A stretch of DNA of 64,000 bases from Octopus bimaculoides (lineage: Eukaryota), in contig NC_068985.1 of the NCBI RefSeq assembly GCF_001194135.2, positions 10,567,763-10,631,762 on the forward strand, given 5' to 3'. Numbering within the stretch: the first letter of the stretch is position 1; every line of letters begins with the position of its first letter. Both the position numbers and the translations under genes were made by a program. Below are positions 12,721 to 23,975 of the stretch, in pieces. The notes under the pieces are model-generated. The model was not told the origin of the DNA. It made no database searches and saw only the letters and a list, made by a program, of their open reading frames with translations.

Positions 12721-13499
12721 GAGAGAGACGCACATCCATCCCTCAATCCATCAATCGCATTCATTTTCAGCATGCGGTATCTTTACTCTTCTTTTCATAA
12801 AATATATTTATATTTAGGTATGCATCGACACATATTCTTTTGTGGGATAATGGTTCTTGAAGCACATCACATACAGCTATAAAGAATAGAATGTAATTAT
12901 TAGCTGAAACACCTTTTTAGATAAGCATAAACAGTCGAATACTAACGGTTGTCTTAAAAAAAAAAACTGTATTTATTGGGATACAAAGAATAAAAAACAA
13001 ATAGTTGAGTTTCTAATGATTCAGACAAAATCCTTTAGAGCTGAAATTAATGAAAGAATGAAACGAAAGAAGGCAGATAAGGAAACTCCAGAGAAAATAG
13101 CAAAGACAGATGATAGGCGAATATAATCTCACCCTCATGAAATAAACGAATTTCTGCAAGTCCTCAGTTAGAACTTACGTAACTCTAAGTCATACGTATT
13201 TGGGCAATTTTAAATGCACTAGTTTTAGCTGCAATACTTGTTCCAATATCAGCAACACTAGAATCATCGTCGGCCCCCAGTCACAGTGCCACGTCATTAA
13301 CTTCTGATGCACTTTTTGCAACAAAATCTAATGCCTGTCTTACAAACTTGGCTTTCGTTATGGAAAAAGATCGCCGCTGCGCCTATCACGCCAAGAAAAC
13401 ATTCTATATGTTCTCCAGCGTAGGCTAGACCAACCAATCACGTCCCTCTCCTGGTATGTGTTGATTAGCTACCTATCAGTGTCCAGCATCTCTGCACAT

Positions 13500-14122
13500 A
13501 GGGGAATTTGATCTCAGAGTGGAAAGGCGGACGAAATGCCGTTAAGCATTTTGCCCGGCGTGCTAACGATTCTGCCAACTCGCCACCTTAACAATAATGA
13601 TAATAATGGTTTCAAATTTTGGTCTAAGGATTGCAAGTTCAGGGGGAGGGAGCAGGTCGATTACATTGACTCCAGTATCCAACTGGTACTTACTTTATCG
13701 ACCCCGAAAGGATGAAGGGCAAAGTCGACATCGATGGAATTTGAACTCAGAATATAAAGACGGATGAAATACCGCTAAGCCTGTTTTCCGGTGCTAACGA
13801 TTCTTTTCTACTAAGGCCTGAAATTGGGGGGAGGGTGATAGTCGATCACATCGAGCTTAGTGCGCAATTGGTACTTAAGGATGAAAGGCAGAGTCGTCCT
13901 TGGTGGAATTTGAACTCAGAACGTAGCGGCAGACAAAAATACCGCTAAGCATTTCGTCCGGCGTGCTAACGATTCTGCCAGCTCGCCACCTGAATAATAA
14001 TAATGATTGATAATAATAATAATCTTTTCTACTCTAAACACAAGGCCTGAAATTTTTAGGGGAAGGGACTAGTCGATTAGATCGACCCTAGTACGCAACT
14101 GGTACTTAATTTAATAAATAAA

Positions 14123-14188
<66 letters not shown>

Positions 14189-14280
14189 GTTTCGAATTTT
14201 GGCTCAAGACCAGAATGTTTGAGGGCGGGGGTAATTCGATTACATCGAACTCACTGTTGAACTGCTATGTTATGGACACC
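13500..14280 (-). mobile_element. Head-to-tail array of about 5 SINE family C copies separated by (AAT)n
   Basis: Repeated units at about 13500-13590, 13605-13800, 13800-13992, 14025-14110 and 14188-14280 share gtcgattacatcgac...actggtactta...gaaaggatgaa.ggc..agtcg...ggaatttgaactcagaa...gctaacgattctgcca.ctcgcc. Confidence 0.85.
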
Positions 14281-14344
14281 AAAAAATAATTCTGTTAATT
14301 CACAAATCCCCGTATTTCTAATAATAGAAATACAGGGATTTGTG

Positions 14345-14560
14345 GATTAGCAGAACAGTTAGAATGTTAGAAAAAAAACTTTGCAGTATTGCTTTCCTGC
14401 ACTTTCGACTCTGCATTCAATTGCCACCGAGGTTAACGTACTGATTCACCCTCGAAGGATATAGTACCTACCAAGTACTCGGGCCTATGGTATCGACTAA
14501 GTTCCACCCCTATGTATTGCTATTCTGGTACCTAAGTCAAAAACTATTATTAAGAAAAAG
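14345..14560 (+). mobile_element. Degraded SINE family C, head-to-head with the preceding array
   Basis: ttagcagaacagttag...gcagtatt...caattgccaccgaggttaac...agtacc...tatcgactaag resembles the family C sense strand. Confidence 0.5.
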
Positions 14561-14837
14561 ACGAAGGGGGACGATCGACTGAATCTTCTGTCGGAAAAAA
14601 AAAAGATTTCCATTTTTTAAAAATTCTGGCTTATCATGTTCAAGTTCAAATTCACCCGAAGTTAACTTTACTTTCCATCTTTTCAGGGTTGATGTAGTAA
14701 AGTAAATGTCAGATGATATGGTTGCATTACCCTACTAAATCTTTCTTTCAAAATTCAAACCTTTAGCCGATGTAAGAAATAATTTCCAATAGCGATGAAG
14801 ACATTGATATAAGCGAGGATATAGATTATATTTAATT

Positions 14838-15225
14838 ATAGGCGCAGGAGTGCTGTGTGGTAAGTAGCTTGCTTACCAACCACATGGTTGTGCGTTCAGT
14901 CCCACTGCGTGGCACTTTGGGTAAGTGTCTCCTACTATAGCCTCGGGCCGACCAAAGCCTTGTGAGTGGATTTGGTAGATGGAAACTGAAAGAAGCCCGT
15001 CGTATATATATATGTGTGTGTGTGTGTGTTTGTCCCCCCCAACATCGCTTGACAACCGATGCTGGTGTGTTTACGTCCCCGTAACTTAGCAGTTCGGCAA
15101 AAGAGACCGATAGAATAAGTACTAGGCTTACAAAGCATAAGTCCTTGGGTCGATTTCTTCGATGAAAGGCGGTGCTCCAGCATGGCTACAGTAAAATGAC
15201 TGAAACAAATAAAAGAGTAAAAGAG
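14838..15225 (+). mobile_element. SINE family A, full length and gap-free
   Basis: ataggcgcaggagtgctgtgtggtaagtagc...(TA)(TG)n...actgaaacaaataaaagagtaaaagag. Confidence 0.92.
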
Positions 15226-15958
15226 TATTATTGTTTAGTCCCAAGTCAATGCTGGTCCAGCAGCCATTGTATCCACTGTTTCCTACATGTGACCGCTTCT
15301 TATTTTCCCGAATATAGTGTATCTAACTTAATGACAATATCTGTCACACACGGGAGAAAATACATTATATCAGTTCGTTATTGTGCAAGTATTTACTGCT
15401 TGCTCTTGTAACACATTGTATCTAAGATACTTATTTAACTTTCCTTTCTTTCTCTAAAGGCGGTAGTGGTTCGTTTGAGCTTAGATTTGGTGGATAGTTC
15501 TAGGAGGTCGAGCAACTGTATAGAGAATTCTTCGTCATTTCTTATGAGAGTGGGAAATACGCTTTGAAATCAACTCAAAACTTCAAAATAGTTTCCATTT
15601 GCAAACAATCTAAGTCACGTTCGGAATGAAATAAAAATCTTACGTGTTCAATTCCGTCGTTAATTCCATTGTCAACATCATAATATTTCATTTTTCATGA
15701 ACCTATACTCGCGTGGCGTTTGTCTCATTGCAGACAAGAGCACGCAGTAACGAACCATTAACCTCATGTCAAATGGGGCAAAAACTTAATTTTGATTCCT
15801 GGACGGTGACATTTCCCATTGCATATTCTGTTACTGCATATGGGAATGGTTGGATATTATTGCTTATCACATCTACACACCTCACGCCATAAAACCTCCA
15901 TACTCCATAGCAATGAAGAAAAATATGTTTTCCCCTTCATCTCTGGTATATTACTTTT

Positions 15959-16018
<60 letters not shown>

Positions 16019-16729
16019 CTATCTATTTATTTATCTATCCGCTTGCTCTAAACTTTATCTCTGTTTCTCTCTAGCACTTAGTCTCTGACCCTCCCCCCCG
16101 TACTTCTTTTACTTCGCTCCAAACCTGCTTATCAATGGACATCTTTTATATGTGTAATTATGACTTTTCGTGTATAGTGTTAAAGTGCTCAATACGTTCC
16201 TGCAACGAAGTATTTAGTGCCCAATAAATATTTATATATCTGTAATTATGCAATGAAATCCATAATATGATTTCACAGATCTTATAGTCTTATAGTGAGT
16301 TAGCAAAATAGAGAGGATATATATATATATANNNNNNNNNNNNNNNNNNNNNNNNNNNNNNNNNNNNNNNNNNNNNNNNNNNNNNNNNNNNNNNNNNNNN
16401 NNNNNNNNNNNNNNNNNNNNNNNNNNNNNNNNNNNNNNNNNNNNNNNNNNNNNNNNNNNNNNNNNNNNNNNNNNNNNNNNNNNNNNNNNNNNNNNNNNNN
16501 NNNNNNNNNNNNNNNNNNNNNNNNNNNNNNNNNNNNNNNNNNNNNNNNNNNNNNNNNNNNNNNNNNNNNNNNNNNNNNNNNNNNNNNNNNNNNNNNNNNN
16601 NNNNNNNNNNNNNNNNNNNNNNNNNNNNNNNNNNNNNNNNNNNNNNNNNNNNNNNNNNNNNNNNNNNNNNNNNNNNNNNNNNNNNNNNATATATATATAT
16701 ATATATATATAAAACTCCCCACTCGTACT

Positions 16730-16765
<36 letters not shown>

Positions 16766-16889
16766 GTTGTATCTCAGCTTGTCAACTAGTCAGACTTTTG
16801 TCTGATGCCTGTAATAAGGAAAATTCTCTGAATTCAATAAATGTATTTTTCCCATCACTAGCATTATTCAGGGCAATCATCTCAGTTAG

Positions 16890-17285
16890 TAAATCGATAC
16901 CATCGACCTTGTACTTGACCAGCACTATATCTTATCCACTCCCAAATGGATAAAAAGCAAAGCTGACATCGGTGGGCTTTGAACTCAAAACGAAAAGAGA
17001 CGGATCTAATACTGCACAGCATTTTTCTGACTTTCTGACGATTTTGACAGCTCACTGCTTTTGATAATAAATATATTGGTCTCAAAGTTTTGGCACAAGG
17101 CCAGCAATTTCGGTGGAGGGTGTAAGTCGATAATATCGATCCGAGTGTTGAGCAACTCCTTATTTTATCGACCGACTCCGAAAGGATAAAATGCAAAGTC
17201 TACCTAGGAATATTTTGAAGACGACGAAATGCCGCTGAACGTGTTGTCAGGCGTACTAAAGATTCGGCCAGCTCACCGCCTTTAA
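16890..17285 (-). mobile_element. Two tandem SINE family C copies
   Basis: Family C motifs, with heads ending ...gattttgacagctcactgc (about 17058) and ...gattcggccagctcaccgcc (about 17280). Confidence 0.7.
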
Positions 17286-17599
17286 TGTTATTTCATATTA
17301 ATAAGGATTTACTAATAAGTAACCTACGCAGAAATATGAACTTAAAGAGATGCGGAATACAAACCGTTTGGTGAATGACAAGAAATCATATAAAAGGAGA
17401 AAATGTAAACGATGTTATGCTAGAAATATATAAAATATTAGAAATTCGTTGAAAATACAGAATAGGCATACATTTGGATAGATCACAATTATTGTATATT
17501 AGATAATCGGAGTATTTTAGTTAAAAATATACGCGAAAACAAACTGCATAGTCCAGAAACCTATCAGTGAGAAACCCGCGAAGGGGTCTAATCAGGGTA

Positions 17600-19480
17600 T
17601 CCCTCGATTGTGATTCTCTCCCGCTGACATCTCTAGTCGTGTCTCGTACTCCAAGTAATTTCCCTCCCCAAGGAAGTCAAGTGAAGTTTGATCTCTGTGC
17701 ATGGCTTGTATAAACTTCTTTGTAACATAGTTTTACCGCTTTCAAAACGTTTTCTCCCGTAATTTCCAATAATATTCATATAATTTCTTGAAATCTCCGA
17801 ATAGCATTTTTTTCTGTGCGAAGAATAGGGAATTTCATTGCGATGAGGTGCTAGGGAGATGGCCTTCTCACACATTTCGCATGATATCTTCTCCTGTTTT
17901 TCAATGCTCGCTTTTAGACAAAGTCACTTAAAAGCACTGTTATCATTTTGAAAATTAGCCATACTGTAAAGCAATCGACGTCATCTAGGTATTTCTATTT
18001 CCTGCTATTTTTACGTTATTCATGCAGTCTTTAACAATATACTATCATAGTTTTTCCTTCTTACATTCCTCTGATGCGGCATTATTTTCATAGGTTTGAT
18101 AAACACATAGCTCTTATTTAATGGAGAGGATAATGAATTTTACGACCGTAAAAGTCGCGTTGGATCTTTTTCCCATGGCGAAATAGACACAATTCCTACT
18201 TTGTATAAGTGAATTCTCTGAGTTTCCTATCCCTTATTTTTGTTTTGTCGTTTTCCCTGCAACGAGCTGTCATTTCTCGCTAAAATCTTTTCCTTCTCCA
18301 TCATACCTATGCACGAATGGTGCAATTAAGTGTTATCTGTTTCTCAGACCGAATAAGAGATAATCTTCTTTGCCATCGATATAGATTCCATTAATATTGC
18401 TGTGGAAAATCGACCTCAAAACCTGCCGTTTGCCTCTATCTTCTTAAGGTAACTTTTGTTGCATTAAGCGTAAAAGGTAGGTTTACGTCGCTGCTTTGTC
18501 AGTTATATTGCTCTCTTTCTGCCCTAAACATGGCATGCTTCAAAATACCCCTGTGCATAGGAATGATAACAACTGCAAATCCATGCTTCTACTTCATCAT
18601 TTATCGTCCCTTGTTCACTTCGCACATACTATACATCCCTGTTGCCCATCGACAATGACAACAGAACAAGGTTCACTCTCATAGCCAGTGCATCTGCATG
18701 TCACTCTTGTGTACTGAAGGTCCATGTACTGCAGTGAAGAACGTTTGGGGTGTAAATGCTCACTATCTTTGCTTACCATTTTGCCACGCCCTCTGTCCAG
18801 TAAAGAAGACTAACCATTCCGCATACTCTGTCTCTGTAAATAAATAAGATACTCTCATGCACATCGAATATAGCCTTCTTCAATTGTCATTGGAGACCTC
18901 GAATACGATCCCTCACTTGGCAAGGGGGAAGTATGTCAGCTCTTGGGTAATTTCCTCAGACAATTAAAGAAATCTGTCAAGACTCTCCTTCCAGAATTGT
19001 TTCCTCAAGTGGACCTCAGCAGTATCTAAGATTTCCTTATTCAACTTGACATTTGCAGACCTGTATGTGCAAAGCTACAAGTTATCATCGTTGTTTTTGC
19101 AATTGTCAAGAGTGTCGATATATTAATTCCCATTTGTATTAAAAGCTGCAGACAAAACAATATTTTTGTCATCCAATTATTGATGCTTTTAATTACAGTA
19201 TTTTTATCAATTTTCTTCGTTTTTGCCTGAATTTTCTGTATAGCTGTCAAACTTTTTAATGGAATGAATATTTGTATCGAAGTTTTGTGTTGAAAAAATC
19301 AATATTCCAGTATAAGTCTTTCGCGCAAATTGAGCGCCAATGATTAAGCAAAACTCTTAGGTCTCCTCGAGACAAACCTTTAAAAAACCGACAGTCTAAG
19401 AAACGATCTCGTGAGCTGAGGTTGCTGTAGCAGGAAGTATCACTGGCCATTCTCTGCGGCAACGCTTTTGCAATCATGTT
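17600..19480 (-). mobile_element. Heavily degraded non-LTR retrotransposon, probably L1/Tx1-like (ORF1 start plus APE-region remnants)
   Basis: A 1.9-kb block without microsatellites, with coding-like minus-strand fragments (MIAKALPQRM..., YLFTET, EGVAK, GCIVC, CEKAIS) loosely in the order expected for an APE domain and linker. Many stops and frameshifts; the motif matches are weak. Confidence 0.35.
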
Positions 19481-20035
19481 CGCACGGCACGACTAATACA
19501 GCATTTGTTCTGGAGTGTGCAACTCTTTACTCCCTCCCCCACCATCTTCTGTTCCTTAATTTCCCTTTTGTCTTTTTCCTTGGTGAAGTAATAATGGTTA
19601 TGTTTTTCTCGATAAATCTGATCCTTTAGACATTTCATTTTTATTTAAAAATTATGTTATTAATAAAACAGTCTACCACGAAAAAAAAAAGGTAATATTA
19701 AAAATAAAATAAAAGAAATCATGCCTAGATATAAGCATAGTCTGAAAAACGAGTGTGTCATTGCAACGTATACCACATATTCTCCTACATGTTTTAGTTG
19801 CCTATGTAATAACAAGCATTGAAACTCTCTCGGTTCTCCCACGTTTATGACATGTGTGTGCATGTGTTTAATTGATCTAAAGGTTTGGTCACTGTTTAGT
19901 TACATATTTATTTATTGAAATTATTTACCGATACGGTTGTACATAGGGTAAATGTGTTTAATAGTTGTGGTTTCTTTGGTTTGTTTGTTCCCAAACAACA
20001 CTTATATTAGTGCTGTGGACACCGCCGGATTGAAA

Positions 20036-20093
20036 GGTACTGCCCAGTTGTCGAAACCATAATGATATCCGTGGGGCAGCTGATGATGGAAGT
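20036..20093 (+). ncRNA. Candidate hammerhead ribozyme with permuted (pseudoknot or trans) strand order
   Basis: GGUA (20036-39), CUGCCC, AGUUGUC, GAAACC (20053-58), linker, GGGCAG, CUGAUGA (20080-86), U, GGAAGU. Core nucleotides intact, 6-bp stem I, 3-bp stem III, weak stem II. Confidence 0.45.
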
Positions 20094-20418
20094 ATGTTGG
20101 ATTGTTGATATGGCTGTTTTTGTAAATGTGGAATAGTATTATAACACACCCTTTTGATATATGTGTGTGTGTATATTGACATGTGTGTGTGTGCATATAT
20201 AAATATATATATGTGTGTGCGTATGTTTATTTATTTGTGGGCGTGTCTGTTGATGTAAATGTTAGTGCACATCGTATCTGATGGAACCTGTTTAAAATAC
20301 ATAACCGTACTGAGTTGTAGATTACTTACCAAATATTTTCTAATCGTGGCAATCAGTATCCGGTGGAGCTTCTTCACAATCTTCGTGATCACCTTATAAT
20401 CTTTATGTTGACTAAATG

Positions 20419-20786
20419 GCTGAGGGTATACAGATCAAAAAACATGTTGTACGTTCGTTCTGGCTCTCAAGACAAGTATGAGTCTAAAATTGCCCATTAT
20501 GAGATTATGCATAATCTTTATGTTGACTAAAGTGATCACGTTTATACTGTGGGAACCGCTGGCCGAATAAGGCTACTCGTAGAATTCCATCAAGCTCACA
20601 CAGTTTCTATATGATAACATGGAAGCTTATATGTAAAGTTACACGCTTATATGCGAAGTTGGGCCTATGCTGTTTCCCCTTTTACTCTCGGTTATATTTA
20701 ATCTCATTATGGACAATTTTAACCTCATACTTTTCGTGTGGGTCAGAACGAACGTACATCTTGTTTTTGATTTGTATACCCTCAGC
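20419..20786. mobile_element. About 370-bp MITE with about 88-bp TIRs
   Basis: 20419-20507 (gctgagggtatacagatcaaaaaacatgttgtacgttcgttct...tatgagatta) is an imperfect reverse complement of 20701-20786. Superfamily not determined. Confidence 0.8.
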
Positions 20787-22451
20787 TGTCCTAAGGGATA
20801 CTCAGTATAACCCCCATGAGAAACTGGAATTAATTGCAAAGTATCCGTCGTGGTGAGATCTGAACTAGCGTTTGATTCCGATTGTGATGAAAGCGACGTT
20901 TCCTCGTTATGAATAGCTAACTTTAACATTGTTTGGTTTAAAGATCTAATGGCATTTGAGAGTATATAGCAAGTACTGATTTGCAAGGGAATGAAATTTC
21001 TTGGCTATACTCTGTATATCTGTCAGCAAATTCAGAGATCCATAACAACGTGAATTTTTACATATTTTAATATAGCTACTTTATAAACCTGTAGACTTTG
21101 TATATTGGAAAATTTTCAGACTGGCAAAGATTATAATATATTTAACAGAAATACCAAGGTATTCCATAACCGATAGCACAGGGTGATGTTCCTCATGGAA
21201 CATCTAAACCGGCTATACATGCCGAAAATTGTGTCGTAACTTCAAGTAATTATCGATTTAGAGAAACGCTGAATATCACATGTCGACGAATATATACCGG
21301 CATGAAGAAATAATACTGTTGTGTGGTCGCCCCCAAGCGATGAAGCAGGATCGCCCAAGACATATAAATAGAGGTAGTCTCACCGTGACGGAGGGTCGAG
21401 TGACAGTTGGTAGAGCTGTTGAGTAGCAGTCGGTTAGCGGTTGAGTAGAAATCATCCGAAGGTGCTAGATAGCAGTAGCTTGAGACATAATAAATATTTA
21501 AGATGTTTTGGCGTGTGGATTTGCAGATAGTTGTAATTTCGGCGATGCGAGTAACAAAACCCATAATTCTAACGACAAATAAGGGGCAACATACTCAGTG
21601 ATCCGTGGTTGCTCTCGAAACACACACACACAGACACACACACATGTAGGCACACGCACACATTCAGTCACACACATGCACTCACGCATGTGTGCTCGCA
21701 TGTTTACATATATTTGTGTATATATGTTTGTTTGCATTGGTTTATATCCAAAGGCGCATGGAGAGCTAGAACAAATTTATAAATATTTATTGGATGACAA
21801 GAGAATATTTATTGACTTTATTACATGTGTAATTTCCGTTTATGCAATATGATTTAAGAGTCGTTGTGGCCAGAAATATATGTGGTCTGTCAAATGTCAC
21901 TCGGTGGCTGAACAAATTTCAGATTTATTAATACGATGACAGTTAAGTCATTGAAATATGTTATGTCCCCTCACGTTGCATAATATTCATGCTTGGGTAT
22001 GTATATTCACCAAGACATATGTTAGATTATGGTAATAGAATAAATCGGCTCAATCGATTTATGCAACAGTTATGGGAGAAATCGTTCAATAACCAATCAA
22101 TAACAAATTAATGTATCAGGAAATATAAATATACATAGATCCCAATTAATGCGATGTTTCCGGCTTTGGCTGTGACCAATATGCTCCAAAATCATTTACA
22201 TATGTTTATACATGCTTTCATATGCATGATCGCATAATGTTAATGGGAGATAAAAAATTAGAAGACATAAATTAGGAAGATGAAACTGAATACTGTTTAG
22301 GAAATTCGCTCACCTGCGTACAGCATCCTACAGTCCACGAATATGTTGTAACAGGCACGACTGGCCATGACTTTTTTCGTTGCCCTATCGAATTTGCGAA
22401 CCTAGGTTCTAATATTCATTTGAAATCATGATCTACAGCATACACTAAATG

Positions 22452-22489
<38 letters not shown>

Positions 22490-22895
22490 TTACTCTTTTT
22501 TTTACTCTTTTACTTGTTTCAGTCATTTGACTGCGGCCATGCTGGAGCACCGCCTTTGGTCGAGCAAATGGACCTTGGGACTTATTCTTTGTAAGCCTAG
22601 TTCTTATTCTATCGGTCTCTTTATGTTACGGGGACGTAAACACACCAGCATCGGTTGTCAAGTGATGTTGGGGGGACCAACACAGACACACAAACACATG
22701 CACACATACATATGCACACACATACATATATACGACGGGCTTCTTTCAGTTTCCGTCTACCATATCCACTCACAAGGCTTTGGTCGGCCCGAGGCTATAG
22801 TAGAAGACACTTGCCCAAGGTGCGACACAGTGGGACTGAACTGGGAACCATGTGGTTGGTAAGCAAACTACTTACCACAGCCTCACCTGCACCTA
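22490..22895 (-). mobile_element. SINE family A, full length
   Basis: Reverse complement of the 14838-15225 copy. Confidence 0.92.
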
Positions 22896-22896
22896 T

Positions 22897-23331
22897 GGGG
22901 AACGAATTCTCTTTGCACAATACCGTGGATATTGAAAAATAAGAAAACGGTGAGCACGCTCTTCATTAAGCTACTCCTTGGTCTTTTTAAGCGCCTGTGC
23001 CACTCAAAACATTGCGTACGACTCATTGCCTCGTCACCGTAAGCTTGGTAAAACATGCTCAATGTCTCTGTAGCAGACGTCCCAAGTTTAACACAAAATT
23101 TCACGTTGGCTCTTTGTTCCAACTTCCTGTCCATGACAGAAATCACAGACTACAGCATATACGTGATCACAAAAACACAGATTTCACAACTTGCAAAGGA
23201 AACATAGCCATGCCACTAGGCACACTATCTCATGAAGGTCACTGCTAGCTTTTACTGGAATGCAACCGTGTGATGCCATCTGTTGGTGCGCTACAGAACT
23301 AGTCCGGGGAACTTTTTGATAACACCTCATA
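22897..23331 (-). mobile_element. Internally deleted mariner element (5' TIR plus transposase N-terminal HTH fused to a catalytic-domain fragment)
   Basis: Minus-strand TIR-like end tatgaggtgttatcaaaaagttccccggact. The ORF MDRKLEQRANVKFCVKLGTSATETLSMFYQAYGDEAMSRTQCFEWHRRLK is a mariner HTH; it is followed directly by LTVFLFFNIHGIVQREFVP, which resembles the ML.VF.D..G.V..EFVP motif of the DD34D region. Confidence 0.85.
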
Positions 23332-23473
23332 CTTAGAACGAAAACAACACCAACACACATAACAGACGATAGAATGCTATGGTATAATGCATCTCCATTC
23401 TCCTCTTCATCCCCTCTTTCTTCACATATGCATACATAAATACATACATATATACAAGCATACACACCTGTAC

Positions 23474-23536
<63 letters not shown>

Positions 23537-23564
23537 CTATCTATCTATCTATCTATATACGTTC

Positions 23565-23975
23565 TGGCATGGGTGCGTGATAAGAAGTTTGCCTTGCAAC
23601 CACATGTCCCCGGGCAAGTGCCTTCTACTATAGCGTCGGGTATGCCACATCCTTATGAGTCTATTTGGTAGACGCAAGCTGAAAGAGGCCCGTCGCATGT
23701 ATGTGCGTGTGTATGTATGAGTGTATGTATATGTGTGCGTGTTTGTGTTTATGCGTATGTATATATATGTTTGTATCCGTGTTTGTTACCCAATCACCGC
23801 CTGATAATAGGTCCTGGTTTCTTTACGTACTATCAACCTATCGGTTCGGCAAAAGAAAGCAATAGATTAAGTACTAGGGTTAAAACATGAAAAATAGTAT
23901 TAGGGACGATTCGTTCTAATAGACTTCTTCAATGCAGCGTCCAGCATGGCTTCAGTTTAATCTCTGAAACTGGTA
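23565..23975 (+). mobile_element. SINE family A, older diverged copy
   Basis: Head gtgataagaagtttgccttgcaaccacatg, central TG-rich tract, tail ggttcggcaaaagaaagcaatag...ccagcatggc...ctgaaactggtaaaa. Confidence 0.75.

Noticed and set aside
13200-13500. Slightly GC-richer unique block with a CCAAT box (gaccaaccaatcacg)
   Set aside because: No downstream gene or ORF. Single short motifs occur by chance.
15720-15815. Good-looking acceptor (tttgtctcattgcag) followed by a 72-nt open frame
   Set aside because: Weak donor (gtgaca), unrecognisable peptide and no neighbouring exons; cannot be supported without RNA data.
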